The notes beneath the pieces were generated by a model that ran no database searches, was not told the origin of the DNA, and saw only the letters and a list, made by a program, of their open reading frames with translations. DNA of 64,000 nt, from positions 13,946,225 through 14,010,224 of the forward strand of contig OZ316895.1 in the NCBI GenBank assembly GCA_973895155.1, written 5' to 3'. The DNA comes from Marsupella aquatica. Its lineage: Eukaryota; Plantae; Marchantiophyta. This document shows positions 1 to 13,087 of this stretch, in pieces. A program made the position numbers and the translations under genes. The stretch's first letter is position 1. Every line of letters starts with the position of its first letter.

Positions 1-1621
1 TGAACATGACGTTGATCCCGATGTTGTTTTGCTTACTGAAGATGGAGACCCCTCTAGCTATGAAGAAGCTATGGCCTCTCCAGAGAAGGATAAGTGGTTG
101 GAGGCGATGTTAAAGGAGATGAATTCTTTGAAGAAGAATTCAACTTGGCGCTTAACTGACATGTCTCGCGGAAAAACACTGGTTCCGTGTAGATGGTTGT
201 ACAAGAGGAAGTAGGATGGCACTTACAAGGCACGCCTTGTGGCCAAAGGGTACACCCAAAAGGAGGGCTTGGACTACACGGAGATTTTCTCACCAGTTGT
301 CAAACTCGCCACTATTCGTGTTTTACTTGCGATTGTGGCATTCTATGATCTTGAGTTAGATCAAATGGATGTAATTACTGCTTTCCTGCATGGATTGCTT
401 GATGTAGAGATTTATATGACTCAGCCTCCAGGTTTTATTGACGAGAAGACCAGACACTTGGTGTGTAAGCTCTTGCGATCGTTATACGGATTGAAGCAAA
501 GTCCCAGATAATGGAATAAGCATTTTGATTCCTTCATGTTATCTCAGTGGTTCACACGAAGTGAACATGATTGTTGTATTTACATGAAGGAGATGGAGAA
601 TTACTCACGTTTTGGTTACATTGTGCTGGCATTGTACGTGGATGACATGCTTATCCTGGCTGAGAATAAGTCTGATGTTGCCCATCTGAAAGCAATGCTG
701 AGTAAGGAGTTTTCAATGAAGGACTTGGGTTAGGCCAAGAAGATACTAGGGATGGAGATTCTTCGTGACAGGGAGCAAAGGCAATTATGGTTGTCTCAAA
801 GGCAGTATTTGGAGAAGGTACTTGCCAAGTATGGAATGGAGAATGCAAAACCAGTTGGTACTCCATTGGCCTCCCACTTTAAACTCTCAAAGGATGATTG
901 CCCTTCTAGTGAGAGTGATAGACTGGCGATGAAACATGTTCCCTATGACAGTGTTGTGGGTAGTTTTATGTATGCAATGACATGCACTAGACTTGACATT
1001 GCCCACGCTGTTAGCATTTTGAGCAGATTTATGGCAAATCCTGGTAAGCTTCACTGGGAAGCAGTGAAGTGGGTTTTGCGGTATCTGAAAGGTACCTTAG
1101 ATTGTGGGATCTTATTTGACGGTAAAGCAGACTCTACATTAGAGTTGGAAGGTTTTGTAGATTCAGATTATGCTGGTAACTTGGATAACAGGAAGTCTAC
1201 TACAGGCTATGTGTTTATGCTGGGTGGAGGTTGTATTAGCTGGAAGTCGGCAACTCAATCTTGTGTTGCGTTGTCTACTACTGAGGCTGAGTACATGGCT
1301 GCATGTGAGGCAACCAAGGAGCTGATCTGGCTAAGGAGATTGGTGAGTGATCTGGGTCTTTCACCTGAAAGACCGGTGCTACTGTGCGACAGTCAAAGTG
1401 CTTTGCATCTGGCTAAGAACCCTGTGTTCCATGCCAAGACAAAGCACATTGATATTCGTTATCACTTCATCCGTGAGGTGATTGAGACGAAGCAGATGTT
1501 TCTGGAGAAGGTGGCTTCAGAGGAGAATGCGGCAGACATGCTTACCAAAGTTTTACCTACCAGTAGCTTTAGTCATTGTGTGGATATTATTAATGTTAGG
1601 GCCAAACCGGAGACTATGTAA
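1..1621 (+). mobile_element. Ty1/Copia LTR retrotransposon pol 3' part (reverse transcriptase + RNase H), pseudogenised by three in-frame stops
   Basis: ORFs 29-214, 239-511, 536-733 and 752-1621 share one frame. Copia RT motifs YKARLVAKGYTQKEGLDY, QMDVITAFLHG, SLYGLKQSPR, LYVDDML; RNase H motifs DSDYAG, STTEAEY, CDSQSA, KHIDIRYHFIRE, ADMLTK. 5' part lies outside the window. Confidence 0.97.
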
Positions 1622-1688
1622 ATATGTTACTTAGTTGCATATTGTATATCACCTGACTCATTGTGTGAACTTGAGTCAAGGTGGAGAT

Positions 1689-1984
1689 TGTTAGGAATTG
1701 ACTCCAGTTCTCGACATAATTAGCTTGGTCTTAGTAGGGTTAGTTAACCCTAGATTACATTTGGATAAGATCCGCTTAGTTTAGGCACACTCATCTTGGC
1801 CCCCTTGGGGGGTAAAGGCTGGAGGGAGAGCACTCTCTCCCTCATTCTTCACATGTACTCTCATTTGCTATGGAGCCTTCAGGAGTTTTTCCACTCGGGG
1901 TGTCTTGCCGGTGTAGCGTCTGATTGAGTGAGTCTCTCTCATGTTTCCGCATTGCTGTCTAGTCCGGAGCTGACGGTTCTTACA
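1689..1984 (+). repeat. 3' LTR of the Copia element (~296 bp)
   Basis: Purine tract AAGGTGGAGA (1678-1687) directly precedes TGTTAGGAA; the segment ends TTCTTACA, after which sequence switches to a different repeat family. Confidence 0.8.
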
Positions 1985-2218
1985 CCTTGTGCTTCAAGGA
2001 ATCCACGTTACATGCACACAACCTGGTCAGCCACACCATAGCCACCAAGCTCATGCTCAAAGGTTCAACATTGAAAGATGAGGCCTTTGAGCCAACACAA
2101 GGGGATAACTATCCCTCACACCAACTCAAACTAAACACAGTGCTCATATAGCATACATACAAAACCTCTATACCTAGATAGTACGATATACTTTACTACC
2201 ACTCTAAATGGTGTGACA
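1985..2218 (-). repeat. Partial LTR related to the LTR of the DNMT-carrying Gypsy element, interrupted by the Copia insertion
   Basis: Colinear matches to 58061-58298: CAAGGAATCCACGTTACA, ACCATAGCCAC, TCAACATTGAAAGATGA, ACGATATACT and the terminus AATGGTGTGACA. Confidence 0.85.
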
Positions 2219-2492
2219 TGATAGTAATGATTCCTGTTTTCTTTTTTATAAGGGTTCGGATCCTCCAATTGCATCTTCTCACATTATCAACAGATGTATC
2301 ACTCATTTTACAGTTAGCAAGATATCTGGTCTTGTCTTTTTTGTAGGTTATGATGATCCTTTTTGTTTGCACTCCATGATCAATAATATAACCCTTCAAT
2401 TCTTCAAATGAATCAAAGGTCTGCCCAACTTTTAGTCTACTTTTCCATTCAGAAATATCATGGTGGTTCATTGCCCTACAACAAGAAAGCAA
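2219..2492 (-). pseudogene. MuDR/Mutator transposase N-terminal DNA-binding domain fragment
   Basis: KVGQTFDSFEELKGYIIDH...KKDKTRYLANC...CNWRIR matches the DBD_Tnp_Mut pattern (G..F....E.K...; C...C.W.I); truncated at the LTR terminus at 2218. Confidence 0.8.
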
Positions 2493-3481
2493 CAGTCATC
2501 AAATTCAGCATCTGGAAATTAAAGGTCATAGTGAAAGTGCAAATGTTTATAGAGATTGAATAGCGGTAGCAACCTAAGTGCAACAATTCAATAAGAATAT
2601 GTAGACTTAACACACACACACAAGAATCACAATCCCACAAAGATAATGCAACAATTCAATCACAATCCCACTAAGAAATAGGAGAGTTTACGAAGCTCAC
2701 ATAGTTGAAGATATTGATCACGATTCCTGCCAGATCAATGGCATTTGAATAGAAGTTGCGATTCATTATTGTCTTGTGCTTGAACAGTTACCTATGGAGA
2801 TAGGAGCCAGTTGCTTATGGAGCCATGTTATCCAATCAAAAAATCTCCAAGAAAAATCAGAAAGGCAAAGTCAACAGCCTCTAAAATTCTGGTGAAAACC
2901 GATAGAAATTGCAGCTCAATTTGGGGAGCAATCTAGGGATAAAATGATCTAATGTGGACGTGTGATACCTAGCCAGGAATCACTAGGCCGGTTTACATGG
3001 TAAAGCAAGAGTGTACCCTGGAAACACCTTAGTATAGGAACAAAAACAAGGAAAATATAAACAATTAAGGGTGACTATGGAACCCGGGCCGAGGCCGGAA
3101 GTAAGGACGCCGGGGGAGAGAACATGATTAGGGTTAGGGGGCGCTAAGCGTCGGCGGCTAGGGGTGACCAACGGGAGGGGAGACCAGAGGAGGAGAGGGG
3201 TAAGGACCGCTCGCGAGGAATAGTGGCTCATTTGCAAGAACGAACTGGGTAGACGACTACGGGAGGCCAAATACTGTCAGCTGCTTAGGCAAGCACTCGG
3301 GGTGGGAATAGATACCAACGATCGACTCAAGGAGGGTATGAGCAACGTCAATCAAGCGGCACATTTTTGGGGATGCCTGTTCGAACGGGCAGGTGAGTAC
3401 GTCAAGACTTACGAGGATGAAGAATCGGAGAGAGCAGCTTGACAACGGTAGGAGCTCGCTCGACTCTGGGAACTATAGAAG

Positions 3482-6400
3482 ATGGCTTTCTTAGGAGGAG
3501 AACTTATCAAGGCCGAGTTCTTGTGGACTCCTACTGCCAATCAGCTTGACGACCTTCTGTTTTGCGAAAACAGAATCGTCGGCATCCGGGAAGCCATCAA
3601 TCGCTGCAACGACCTACACTGGGAGTTGAAGGGTAACACAGAGGGGTGGACGAAGGCAACCTTGCTAGGAGAAACATCCACGACAGCCGAGATGAAGAGG
3701 AAAGGAAACAACAACGAAGAGGCCACCCCAACAAAAAGAACGAGGTCGGCGGCACCTAGGAAGCCAGCAGAGCAGCAGAGCAGGACAAGGGGAGAAGCCG
3801 ATGAGGAAGAGGTCGATCCCATCAATGCCATTCCAACAAACGATAACACCTGGAAAGGCTGAGCGGCGACCCTACCGGAGGAAGTGCAATTACACTTTGC
3901 ACGGGAGGAGGATGCATGCTTTACGGCCATGCAGACCAAGAAGTACCAAGGCTTCATGGCCGGATCCGGCTTGGAAACCTTCGTAAGATTACCATGGCTG
4001 AAGCCGAAGGTGCCGGACTCAGACTTATTAGAATTCGTGGGATCATGGGAACCCGAGACCAATTCCACGAGGGTGTATGGGAAGGATTTCTTCCTCACTC
4101 CCCGGGTGATTGCTGAGGTGTTTGGCTTGCCGGTGGGTAATAAGACCAAGGTTGATACCAGGAAGACCTTACCTGACAAGGAGTTCCGGTCGTTCCCAGG
4201 ACCATCAACAAAGAATGGCTTCTTCCGGAACACCTGCACCAACCCGCACATCGGAGAGATGATCGATTTCTTGCGGGTGACCATGCACTGTAACTTGCCG
4301 AGGGCAGAGATCGGCAAGGCTCAGGTCTACCTGGCAGAAAGGCCAGACCCAAGCCGGGATTACAACGGGTACCTCCTCAACCAACTGAAGAAGATCTTGA
4401 AGGAGGAACAGCAGGTGATCGGCTTGGGAAGCATGTCCCAGCTTGGCTATCACATGCCGTTGTTGTGCCGGTATGCCAAAAGTCAAATCTTTGCCCCAGT
4501 ACTTCCCCTATCGGCAAGGGCACCGGAGGAGGTTCCGGAGCAGGGGCCGACACCAGAGAAGCCCAACCAGCCCGACAGTCTGACGATCGAGCAGGTGTTT
4601 TGGCCAAGGAAAGAAGACTTGCCGATGCAGCAACCAGGCATGCAAAATCTGCTGAAATTGCTGGAGAAGGAAAAAAGAATGGCAACGGCAACGGCACCGG
4701 GACCGATACAGGACGCTGCCCCAGAGGTCGGCCTAAGCCAACTCAGAAGGGAAGACCCCTTTACCGGAGCCAAGGAGAGAAGGAGGCCGAAACACAAGCC
4801 GGGAGTACGAATGTACGTGGGAGGCTCAAGCCCCAAATCAGAGGCAGAGCAGCCTAAGGCTCCTTCCCGCGGAGAGCAGAGGGAGACAATAGCCTGGAAA
4901 CCAGAGGAACCAGAGCCCGTGATCTGTAAGGCTGTTTTCACGACTGGACCAGGGAACAAAGGGAGAAGCCGGGAGTCCAAGTAGTGGAGGAGGCGGTGGA
5001 GGACTACAGCAATGATAACTCCGGCTATGGATCGGATCATCATGTTCCAGGAGTAAGGACCTGTGGCCAATTTATCCCCACGCTTCCAAGAGTAGTTTGA
5101 GGGGACCCCACCCAATAGAGTAGCCCCGAGTCTCCCCCACCAGAGGTTGCTCCCTTGAGCTTTGACGGCATAAAGCAGACGGCACAAGAATTTCAGGAGC
5201 GACATAGGGAGGAAGAGAGAGCAGCCCTGGCTAGGGAGAAGGATTTACCAGGAGGAGATTGGCCGGAGGACATCAGGCGGCTTGCCAAAAAACGAAGCAA
5301 CCCTCTTGCCACCGTAGAAGAAATCCGCAAGGCGGCTTGGGAGTAGAGGCCGCGGTGGTTGATGCCGATGACTTCTAGTTACTCCACCTATGCTAAGGAT
5401 AGAGCCATGGAGTACGGGGAGATGTGTGGGGACCTGGCGCTCAACATCTTTGGGGAGGAGTTGGAGTAGGGACCGTTTTTCCAGAGGGAGATGTTGGAAA
5501 AGCACCGATTAGAAGAAGCGGTGGCTTTGGAGAGAAGCAAGAAGGACGAGGTCATCCGACGGCTTAGGGAGAAGGAAGCCGAGGTGGAAGTCCTGCAGGT
5601 GGCCAACAAAGCCCAAGATGAGCTATGGATTAAGCGGCATGAGCTAAACATCATGCAGGGGCAGTTGGATACCGCTCAGTCTGACAATCAGATTATCAAA
5701 GATAAACTGACTCGGACCCAAGGAGAGTTGGCCGGCGCAGTCAAGGAAATAGAGAAATGGAAGCGGGAGCTAAGGGATGCAGAGGAGGCCCACTTAGCAA
5801 CCAACAATCGGGCCATGGCGGAGAACCAAAGAAGGGAGAGGGCGTTGAAAGGAGAGCTCGAAGATATCCGCGGAGCCCTTGAGCAGAAGGAAGCAGAGTT
5901 AGGGAAATCCTATCAAGGGATTATTGCGCTATAGCAGGAGCTTGCGTCCCTAACGGCCAGCTTCAAGGCCGACCTGCGTGAAAAGGATGACCAGCTCGAC
6001 CAGACTTATGCCAAGATGAATAAGATGGAGTCTGTGGTTGTAGCAGAGCTTGACAAGGAGCTAAGAGCAACCCAGGAGGAGAGGGCTACCTTAAAGAAAG
6101 AATTGGAGGAAGCCAATAAAGAGCTAGAGGAGGCGCGCAAGGACCTGGACGAGACCCAGGAGGAGTTGGAGGAAATCACAAGGAAGATGGAGAACCTACA
6201 GCGGCGGGCCGACAACCAAACGGAGCGGCTGAAGACACAAGCCGCAATATTTAAATGCTTGGCTTCATCAGGTCCAACTCCAATTGGGGGAACCCAGTTA
6301 CCAGGGGTAGTATTGGCCGAAGAACAAGCCGAAACACTCACCCCGATGCCAGAGGTAAGTGGCAAGGGGAAGGAACCGGCTGTCAAAATAGGGAAGAAGA

Positions 6401-6780
6401 AGAAGCGAAAACCTTCTAGGTCTGGGAGTTATATGACTTCTCAAGCCGTTGTGACCGAGAAGATAAACCCGGCACCAACCTCCGGCATCGGCACGGCGGT
6501 GGATCCACCAGTCCTAGGAAGTGGAGATGGCAAGGCCGACGCCGGGAGAACCAGTAATGCTGCCGAGGTACCGGGTCCTCCACTAGAACATGTCGGGGAG
6601 GCCGTAGCCGTAGCGGAGGCCGTGACCGATGCTAAGGCCAAAGCCGAGGGTGGACCCAGTCAGGCCGATGAAGAGTTGACTCGGTCAGGGACAGGTAATC
6701 TGTCAAAAGACGGACCAACGGCAGTGGTTGCGGAGGAAGCATTGGGGGCGTCCATTGAGGACCAGCCACCGGTGTCGTGA
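3482..6780 (+). pseudogene. Degenerate retrotransposon accessory ORF (plant transposon-protein-like N-terminal domain plus long coiled coil)
   Basis: ORFs 3482-3862 and 3884-4984 share one frame; 5155-5346, 5491-5934 and 6016-6780 share another (apparent frameshift near 4960). LLEFVGSW...TRVYGKDFFLTPRVIAEVFGLP resembles the domain in extra ORFs of Athila/Tat-type Gypsy elements; E/K/L heptads at ~5500-6240; no introns. Confidence 0.7.
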
Positions 6781-7699
6781 CGGTGTAAGGGTGCTGTCCC
6801 TTTTAGGGAGGGCGGACGTGGAGGTAGGAGGTGTGAGTGGGCAGGGCGGGCGTTGATCTCCAAGTTTAGACTTAGGATCAGGACCAGGAGACGGCCCTGA
6901 CACTTAGATTAGCGGGATTTCGGATCCACGGGTATGGACGACACTTGTGCTCCTGCCTCGCTGTACATAGGTAGATTACAGTAGGTAGATTATGCTTACG
7001 CTACAAGGAATCAGGCGGATCCACAACCAGGATAAGTACCTGGGCTGCAGGGAGTTCAGGGCCTCTTCTTTAGCAAGTTTTTAGTTGCACCAGCAGGGCT
7101 GGGATCAAGTAGTAAGAGAAGCTCTCGGTTAGTTATACAGTGACCCTTGTGTATATTCATGTTTCCTCATACCTAAGAACTGAATAGAGCTGGCCTCACG
7201 GCTTAGTTCGCAGAGCTTGTGTATGAGATGTACTGTTTGTATTGCAAGTGCATGGTATAACTCAGTCAGAAGGAGTCATTTTGCTATTTGTGTGTCGCAT
7301 TAACTTGTGTGAAGAGTGCCCACATCAACAAGTAGAAGGGAAGTAAGCAAGGGAGTGAGAGTTGGATGTGTCGAGCTGAGAGAGGTCTTAGCGGCTTAAC
7401 CAAACCAATTGGGGATCATTCCGGCGGCGGAATCCAAATATACCTAACCAACAAGAGGGAAAGACAAGAGAAGGCCTAGATTAGGCCAACTGCGTATCTC
7501 ATGACCCGATGAAGGATCTGTCCAGTACATGTGTGTAAAATGTTAATAGTAGTAGTAGAAAGGACGTTAGCAGCGTCCCATGCCGCTAAGCCACGGAAAC
7601 GGCCTCGCCGAGCATGAAACCTGTGGGAATCGGCTTTGCGGGGGGGTTTCTTGGGTTTGGGGAGCCATGGGATGCACCACAGGAGGTAGTAAAGGGATG

Positions 7700-8480
7700 G
7701 GAGTGGAGAGGAGGTTATGGAGGGGGAAAGCACAATCCCAACAAGCTACTCCACGCTCATTTTTGCATGCCCAACCCAAAGATATGTCAAATCAAAGTTG
7801 AACACACTATGCTGCTGAAAAAACTAATTTTTGCAGGGAAGTTGCGATTTGAATGTAGTGGCTATGGAGGCAAGACAGGGAGGGGAGTGGAGGGAAGACT
7901 ATGGAGGGGAGAATTGTGGTTCCAACGAGCTACTCCACGCTTGTTTATGTCTATCCAGTCCAAAGATATGCTAATCGAAGTTCAGGTGAACTGTGCTGCC
8001 AAAAAACTGATTTTTTGACAAAAAAGTTGCATTTTCTTTGGGGAAAACACGACTTGAATGTAGTGGCTATGGAGGTAGGAGAGGGAGGGAGTGGAAAGAG
8101 ACTATGGAGGGGAGAATTATGGTTCCAACGAGCTACTCCATGCTTGTTTTTGTCTATCCAATCCAAAGATATGCTAATCGAAGTTCAGGTGGATTGTGCT
8201 ACAAAAAAATTGGTTTTTCGACAGAAAAATTGCGTTTTCTTTGGGGAAAACACGACTTGAACGTAGTGGCTATGGAGGCAAGAGAGGGAGTGGAGGGGAG
8301 GGGAGAATATGGAGGGGGAAGTCATGATTCTAACAAGCTACTCCACGCTCACTTTGACCTACCCGATGCAAAGATATATGACACGGAAGTGGAAGGTCTA
8401 CTGTCACTGTCAACTCCCATTTCCTTTGGCAAAATTGCAAGTCCTGTATTCAAATCGCATTTTCTTTGGGAAAAACATGA
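7700..8480. repeat. Degenerate tandem repeat, ~4 units of ~185-205 bp, probably MULE subterminal
   Basis: Recurring ATGGAGGGG...AAC(A/G)AGCTACTCCA at ~7717, 7900, 8103, 8309 and TTTCTTTGGGGAAAACACGACTTGAA at ~8032 and ~8235. Confidence 0.85.
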
Positions 8481-8689
8481 CTGCAATGTTTGTGTTTTGC
8501 TCCTACCCTAAAAGCAAGGATTAGGAGGCGACGGGATTGATAGGAACGAACCAAGAATACCAGGGAGAGGTTTTTGACAGTGGGAGAGGGCGGGCAGGGG
8601 TGAGCTCACACTAGGCAACGAACCCCTTTAGCTGGGGCAGAACAAGGTGGGAAGAGATTTTTTTGAGGGAAATCCCCGCCATTGGATGC

Positions 8690-8846
8690 AGACATGTGGC
8701 ATGATTTCGGTCGTTGGATGAGTATGAGTTAACCATAGGTGGTTAACTTAACCACTGCTGCAAAAAGGTGGCATTCTAGTAAATAATCTAAAAACCATGG
8801 CAAGGTAATAATTTTGCACAAAAAAGGTGGCAAAACAGTAAATCTC
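8690..8846 (-). mobile_element. Probable Mutator-like terminal inverted repeat end
   Basis: Ends GGTGGCAAAACAGTAAATCTC (reverse complement GAGATTTACTGTTTTGCCACC) with repeated TGGCA motifs; a similar terminus starts at 14140; lies upstream of the minus-strand MuDR fragment. Confidence 0.5.
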
Positions 8847-11407
8847 AGTTTGCATAATATCACGTTATGTGGTTGGATTTTTCTATTTGTTTTCTTTCCC
8901 AAGCAAAGAGGTGTAAAATCAAACCAGACACATAACCATGGTGACTTTCATGAATACTAAACCATGTCCATGTCTGGAAAAAAATAATCTGTCAGGAAAA
9001 CTCACATACATGCTTGGGTGCCTCAATGTTTTGTATCTCTTGCCCAAGGAAAAAGATTTGATGCCCCATTGTTTCTCTTCACAAAGACACAAAAAGAAGA
9101 TTATTACAAGACCATTTGATGAATTGAGATGCGGAAAGGAAGTTTGTGATGATTCTCACAGTCATAGCACACAACAGTCTTTACCCTGAGAAAAACAACT
9201 TGATACAAGTTATGTGATAGACAAACATGCACATTTTTCAGTGCAGCAAGCGGACAACTACAATTCTAGTAGCGAGAGACAACAAGTTATGAATGTGTGC
9301 AATTGACTCAATTTTTCAAGAAGAGAGGTTGAAGTCAGAGTTCAGTTTGGTCTCCGTATGGTTACTTGCATTGGAGGGTTTTGCACATGAATCTATGTGG
9401 AATGAATGGTCAAAGCAAGGGCATAAGCATCAAATAGAGTGTGTTGGGATGAGGAGTGGGTCAGCGTATCAAGGTTTATCTTAGTAGTGGTGGTGAAGCA
9501 TTGGGCCCTCATCTTGGAAAGCCCGTCTTGGAAAGGGTTTAATGTTTAGATTTATAGACAAAAGATTATTTCACATCGTCACTTTCACTCAGTCATCAGC
9601 CAAGACAAATCCTCATTTCAAAGTACATCGTACTTTTAGTCGACCAGTTCTTATGAATTAGAGCTATGTTGAGTTGTCAACATTGTTGCAACACACTTTT
9701 GCTCAGAGTCACTTTTGGGTGTTACAGAGAACTGAAAAGAAGCCATCCAAAGATCTACAATAAGATGGTTAGCTTGAAACAATTCCGTGGTCATGTGGAT
9801 GAATCACATCACGCCACAATGAATGAGAGGGAGGGCTTCAAGTAGAATAGTTTGATTGATCAATCAATCAATGTTGCATGGGAGTGTTGGAGAACCAGTC
9901 AACAAAAATCTGAATGACTTCAATCATTCAATGTGGCAAGGGAGCCAAGAGAGATTGCTCAAGAACCAATAAAAAACCCCTATATAACTTCAATAATTCA
10001 ATGTGGCAGCAAAGTGCTCATTCAGCACAATAGCCGGTATTGATGCACATTAGGGCGACTCAAATCTCTTTGTTTGGCTCCAATTGCGGTCAAAGGCAAA
10101 TTCTTGAGAAAAAATTGGCGGACGGAAAAGCATGTCCACACACTCCTTACCAAAGACAAAAATTGTAGTTTTGGGCCAAGTTTGTTTTTGCAAACTTCAA
10201 GATTTGAGACTCCCTATTAATGCAGCAAGCAGGATAGTGTACGATCAAGCTGACCTCCTTACAGACCATTAGCATTTTGGGCAGTCTATACCCTGATACG
10301 ACCACTGTGTCCCTTATGCTTGGTGTCTCTGGCCACTTTTCCCAAAGAGCAACATTGGGCTGTCCCTACCGGCTTGCACTCCAAGTCCTTGCCACTGGCC
10401 CCCTGGCCCACTATGCCTCATTGGCAAAGTCAACTCCTCATGGGTCGCTAGCTTGGGCACTCTAGCCACACTTTATCCTATGTGAGTCAACTTTGGTACA
10501 ACTTTGCATGCAATGACCCATTTGGTTCCATTCGCTGAAAAATACCCAAGGCAGCACGAAAGTGCATTCCCACCAGGCGCAATTTTCTTGACCTGTTGCA
10601 AGTTGGCTAGCAGTTGTTAGTTTGCTAGTTGATTTTTTGTTGTGAGGCAAATTGAGAGTGTGTGAAATCACCACCATTTTTAATAATTTGCATGGAATGT
10701 TGAGGTTTCTTTCAAAGTTCAAGTAGAAATCTTGTTTTGACATAGGCTTACCCAACATTGTTCCGTTTTTGCAAATAGCCTAGAAGTAAAGTTTGTGTTA
10801 AGTTTAATACAAAGGAGAACAATAAGAAACAATTCCTATCCGTAAGGCAAATTCCATGTCAATGACAACTCTGTTTGATGTGCAGAGTGCCGTCATGAGA
10901 GAGGACACATGTTTTACAGTACCATGGTAGTGTTTTGGTCTTTAATTTTATTGCCACCAATCCTTTTCCAAATGAAAGAAATTTCTCTATTGAGGCTTAC
11001 AAAGGTGATTCAACAAGGTTTGTGTGAGATTTCAATCGAAGATCCCAAAGAGAACCATTGCACGCATGATGCTTTACAAATGGAACCTTTAGTGAATTTT
11101 TTATTTTGACGTATTATTGATGGATGCTACCGTCCATTCTGATTATGGCAAGCCTGCTAAGCAAGCAACAATTTGGGATGTCATGAGAGATTAAGTGGGA
11201 CTCTTCCCTAGTGCATTAGCTTGTATGGAGCCAATTGATCAGTTCTAGGCCATCCATGATTTACAAAGGGCGCGTCGCTTTGCAATGTGAGGTTCTGAAT
11301 TCATGACGGAGTTTTGTCTCTCCATGAGTTGGAGATTGTTTCATCAAACAGTACCTTGTTGTAGTCTCGTCTATGGACCTAGATGTGGACACCGCGGCGA
11401 CAGGGAT

Positions 11408-13087
11408 TGTAAGGTGTCACGTGATTGACATGAATCTTAATACCAAAAATGCCATTATAGGGTGCCAAAACCATTTCCTTGTACCTGTAGATCACAAAGG
11501 AATGCTGTGAAGGTTGGTAAACACCAATTTAACGCCAAATTATTATAGCAAGACTTTGTCACACATCACCCAAGCTCAATCCCAAGGAACCAAGGTTGGG
11601 AATCAGATCTTGTGCTCATGATATTCTGGTAAGAAGGGGTCTTCATATCGGGTCCGTACACACAGGGCCTAGCGCTACGGTGCACATATGTCTATACATA
11701 TGCTTACTGCCATATGTATGTTTCTATTCTATCGCCAGAATGTACCCATAAACTAATGACTCCTGACTGATTCCGGACTTAGGGACTTCTAAGCCATTGC
11801 CCCACTACTTTGCCATTCCACTCCTAACAATCAAAGTTGTGATAGCCCTCACCCTGCCCACTTCAATGCACTCGGTACACCTCTCAATGGCACTGCTAGT
11901 CCCTCATACACTCAGATTGCCACACACACACACACACATCCATGAGAGAAATGAGGCTTGAGAGGAAAACTCAATTAGATTCAAAGATGTGCACAATAGT
12001 TCATTGAGAACATTTGATCTGAACAATAGGCCCGACAGCTATCTACTCACATTGTAATTTGTAAATGCTCCTCCTATTGCCCCTCAATCAGTGTCCCAGC
12101 CTCCCCAATGTGCTCACCGCAAATTAAATTGAAATCCTCCCCACAACTTACAATCACCAACACATCACCTATCACCAAGGCTCTGTATTGGGGGAAAATA
12201 ACCCAATTGTGTTGCCTACTAGAAAGAGCCACAATCCAACTTGCAAACTTGGCCAACTATTGTTGTGAAGCATGGCTGATTACTCCTTGAGTAATAGCAC
12301 AACCAAGTTCTCCCCAACACACAGCTTCCAAGCCCAACCTTCCTTGCACAAAGCTCCTCCTTGTTGCTCAGTCTACTTGAGATCACACAACTGAAGTCCC
12401 CTACTTCTGCTAGGGGGCTGCTCTATATACTCTCACACTGAGCCCAAATGGGTGGATGCTACATTGCTGGAGCCCCATCCCAGCCCTATAGAGCCACCAT
12501 TATCTCTAACTACTAAACCCTAACTCACAACTTTATTTATATCTCAAATTGGCTATGTACTTCGAATTTGGCCCTCCTTCATAGTTTTTGCAAGCTTGCA
12601 CCTCCTCTCCCAATTTCTCTATTCAATCATTTGTTGCATGGATAGAAGCATTGGAAACAGTTTGGGCTCCTCTTTCCAACAAGGTCAATTATAGCCAATT
12701 TGGTCAAATACAGAGAAAGTTATGACTCCGACAACCGAGAGGAGGTACACACTATTGCGCTAACCAGAGTTACATAACTAACCCAAGTTTGTCTAACCTA
12801 GCTATCCTATCTAACCCGAGTAGAGCTAACCCGTGGTCTCAGGTTAGTCCGCTATCCGCTAACCTAGGCTAAGTTGAGCCCGAACCCAAGCTTACCTATG
12901 CTAACCCGAGTTTAGTCTAACCCGGGCTCAGTCTAACCCAAACGCGGGTTAAGCCTAAGCTTAAGCCATGCTGACCTGAGCTAAGCTGAAGCCATGCTCA
13001 CATAAGCTAAGCCGTGGCCCAAAACTAAGCCTTGGCCGAGCTTAGGTTAACCCAAAACCGAAGCCGAACCTGTTAATTCCGGTCACA
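11408..13087 (-). repeat. Probable Gypsy-type LTR (~1.7 kb)
   Basis: Minus strand starts TGTGACCGG and ends CCTTACA; TATA-like GTATATAGAG near 12425; degenerate CTAACC/CTAAGC short repeats at 12770-13070. No matching target-site duplication seen. Confidence 0.45.

Noticed and set aside
3541-5205. Minus-strand ORFs of 258 and 240 aa
   Set aside because: Antisense shadows of the plus-strand retroelement accessory ORF.
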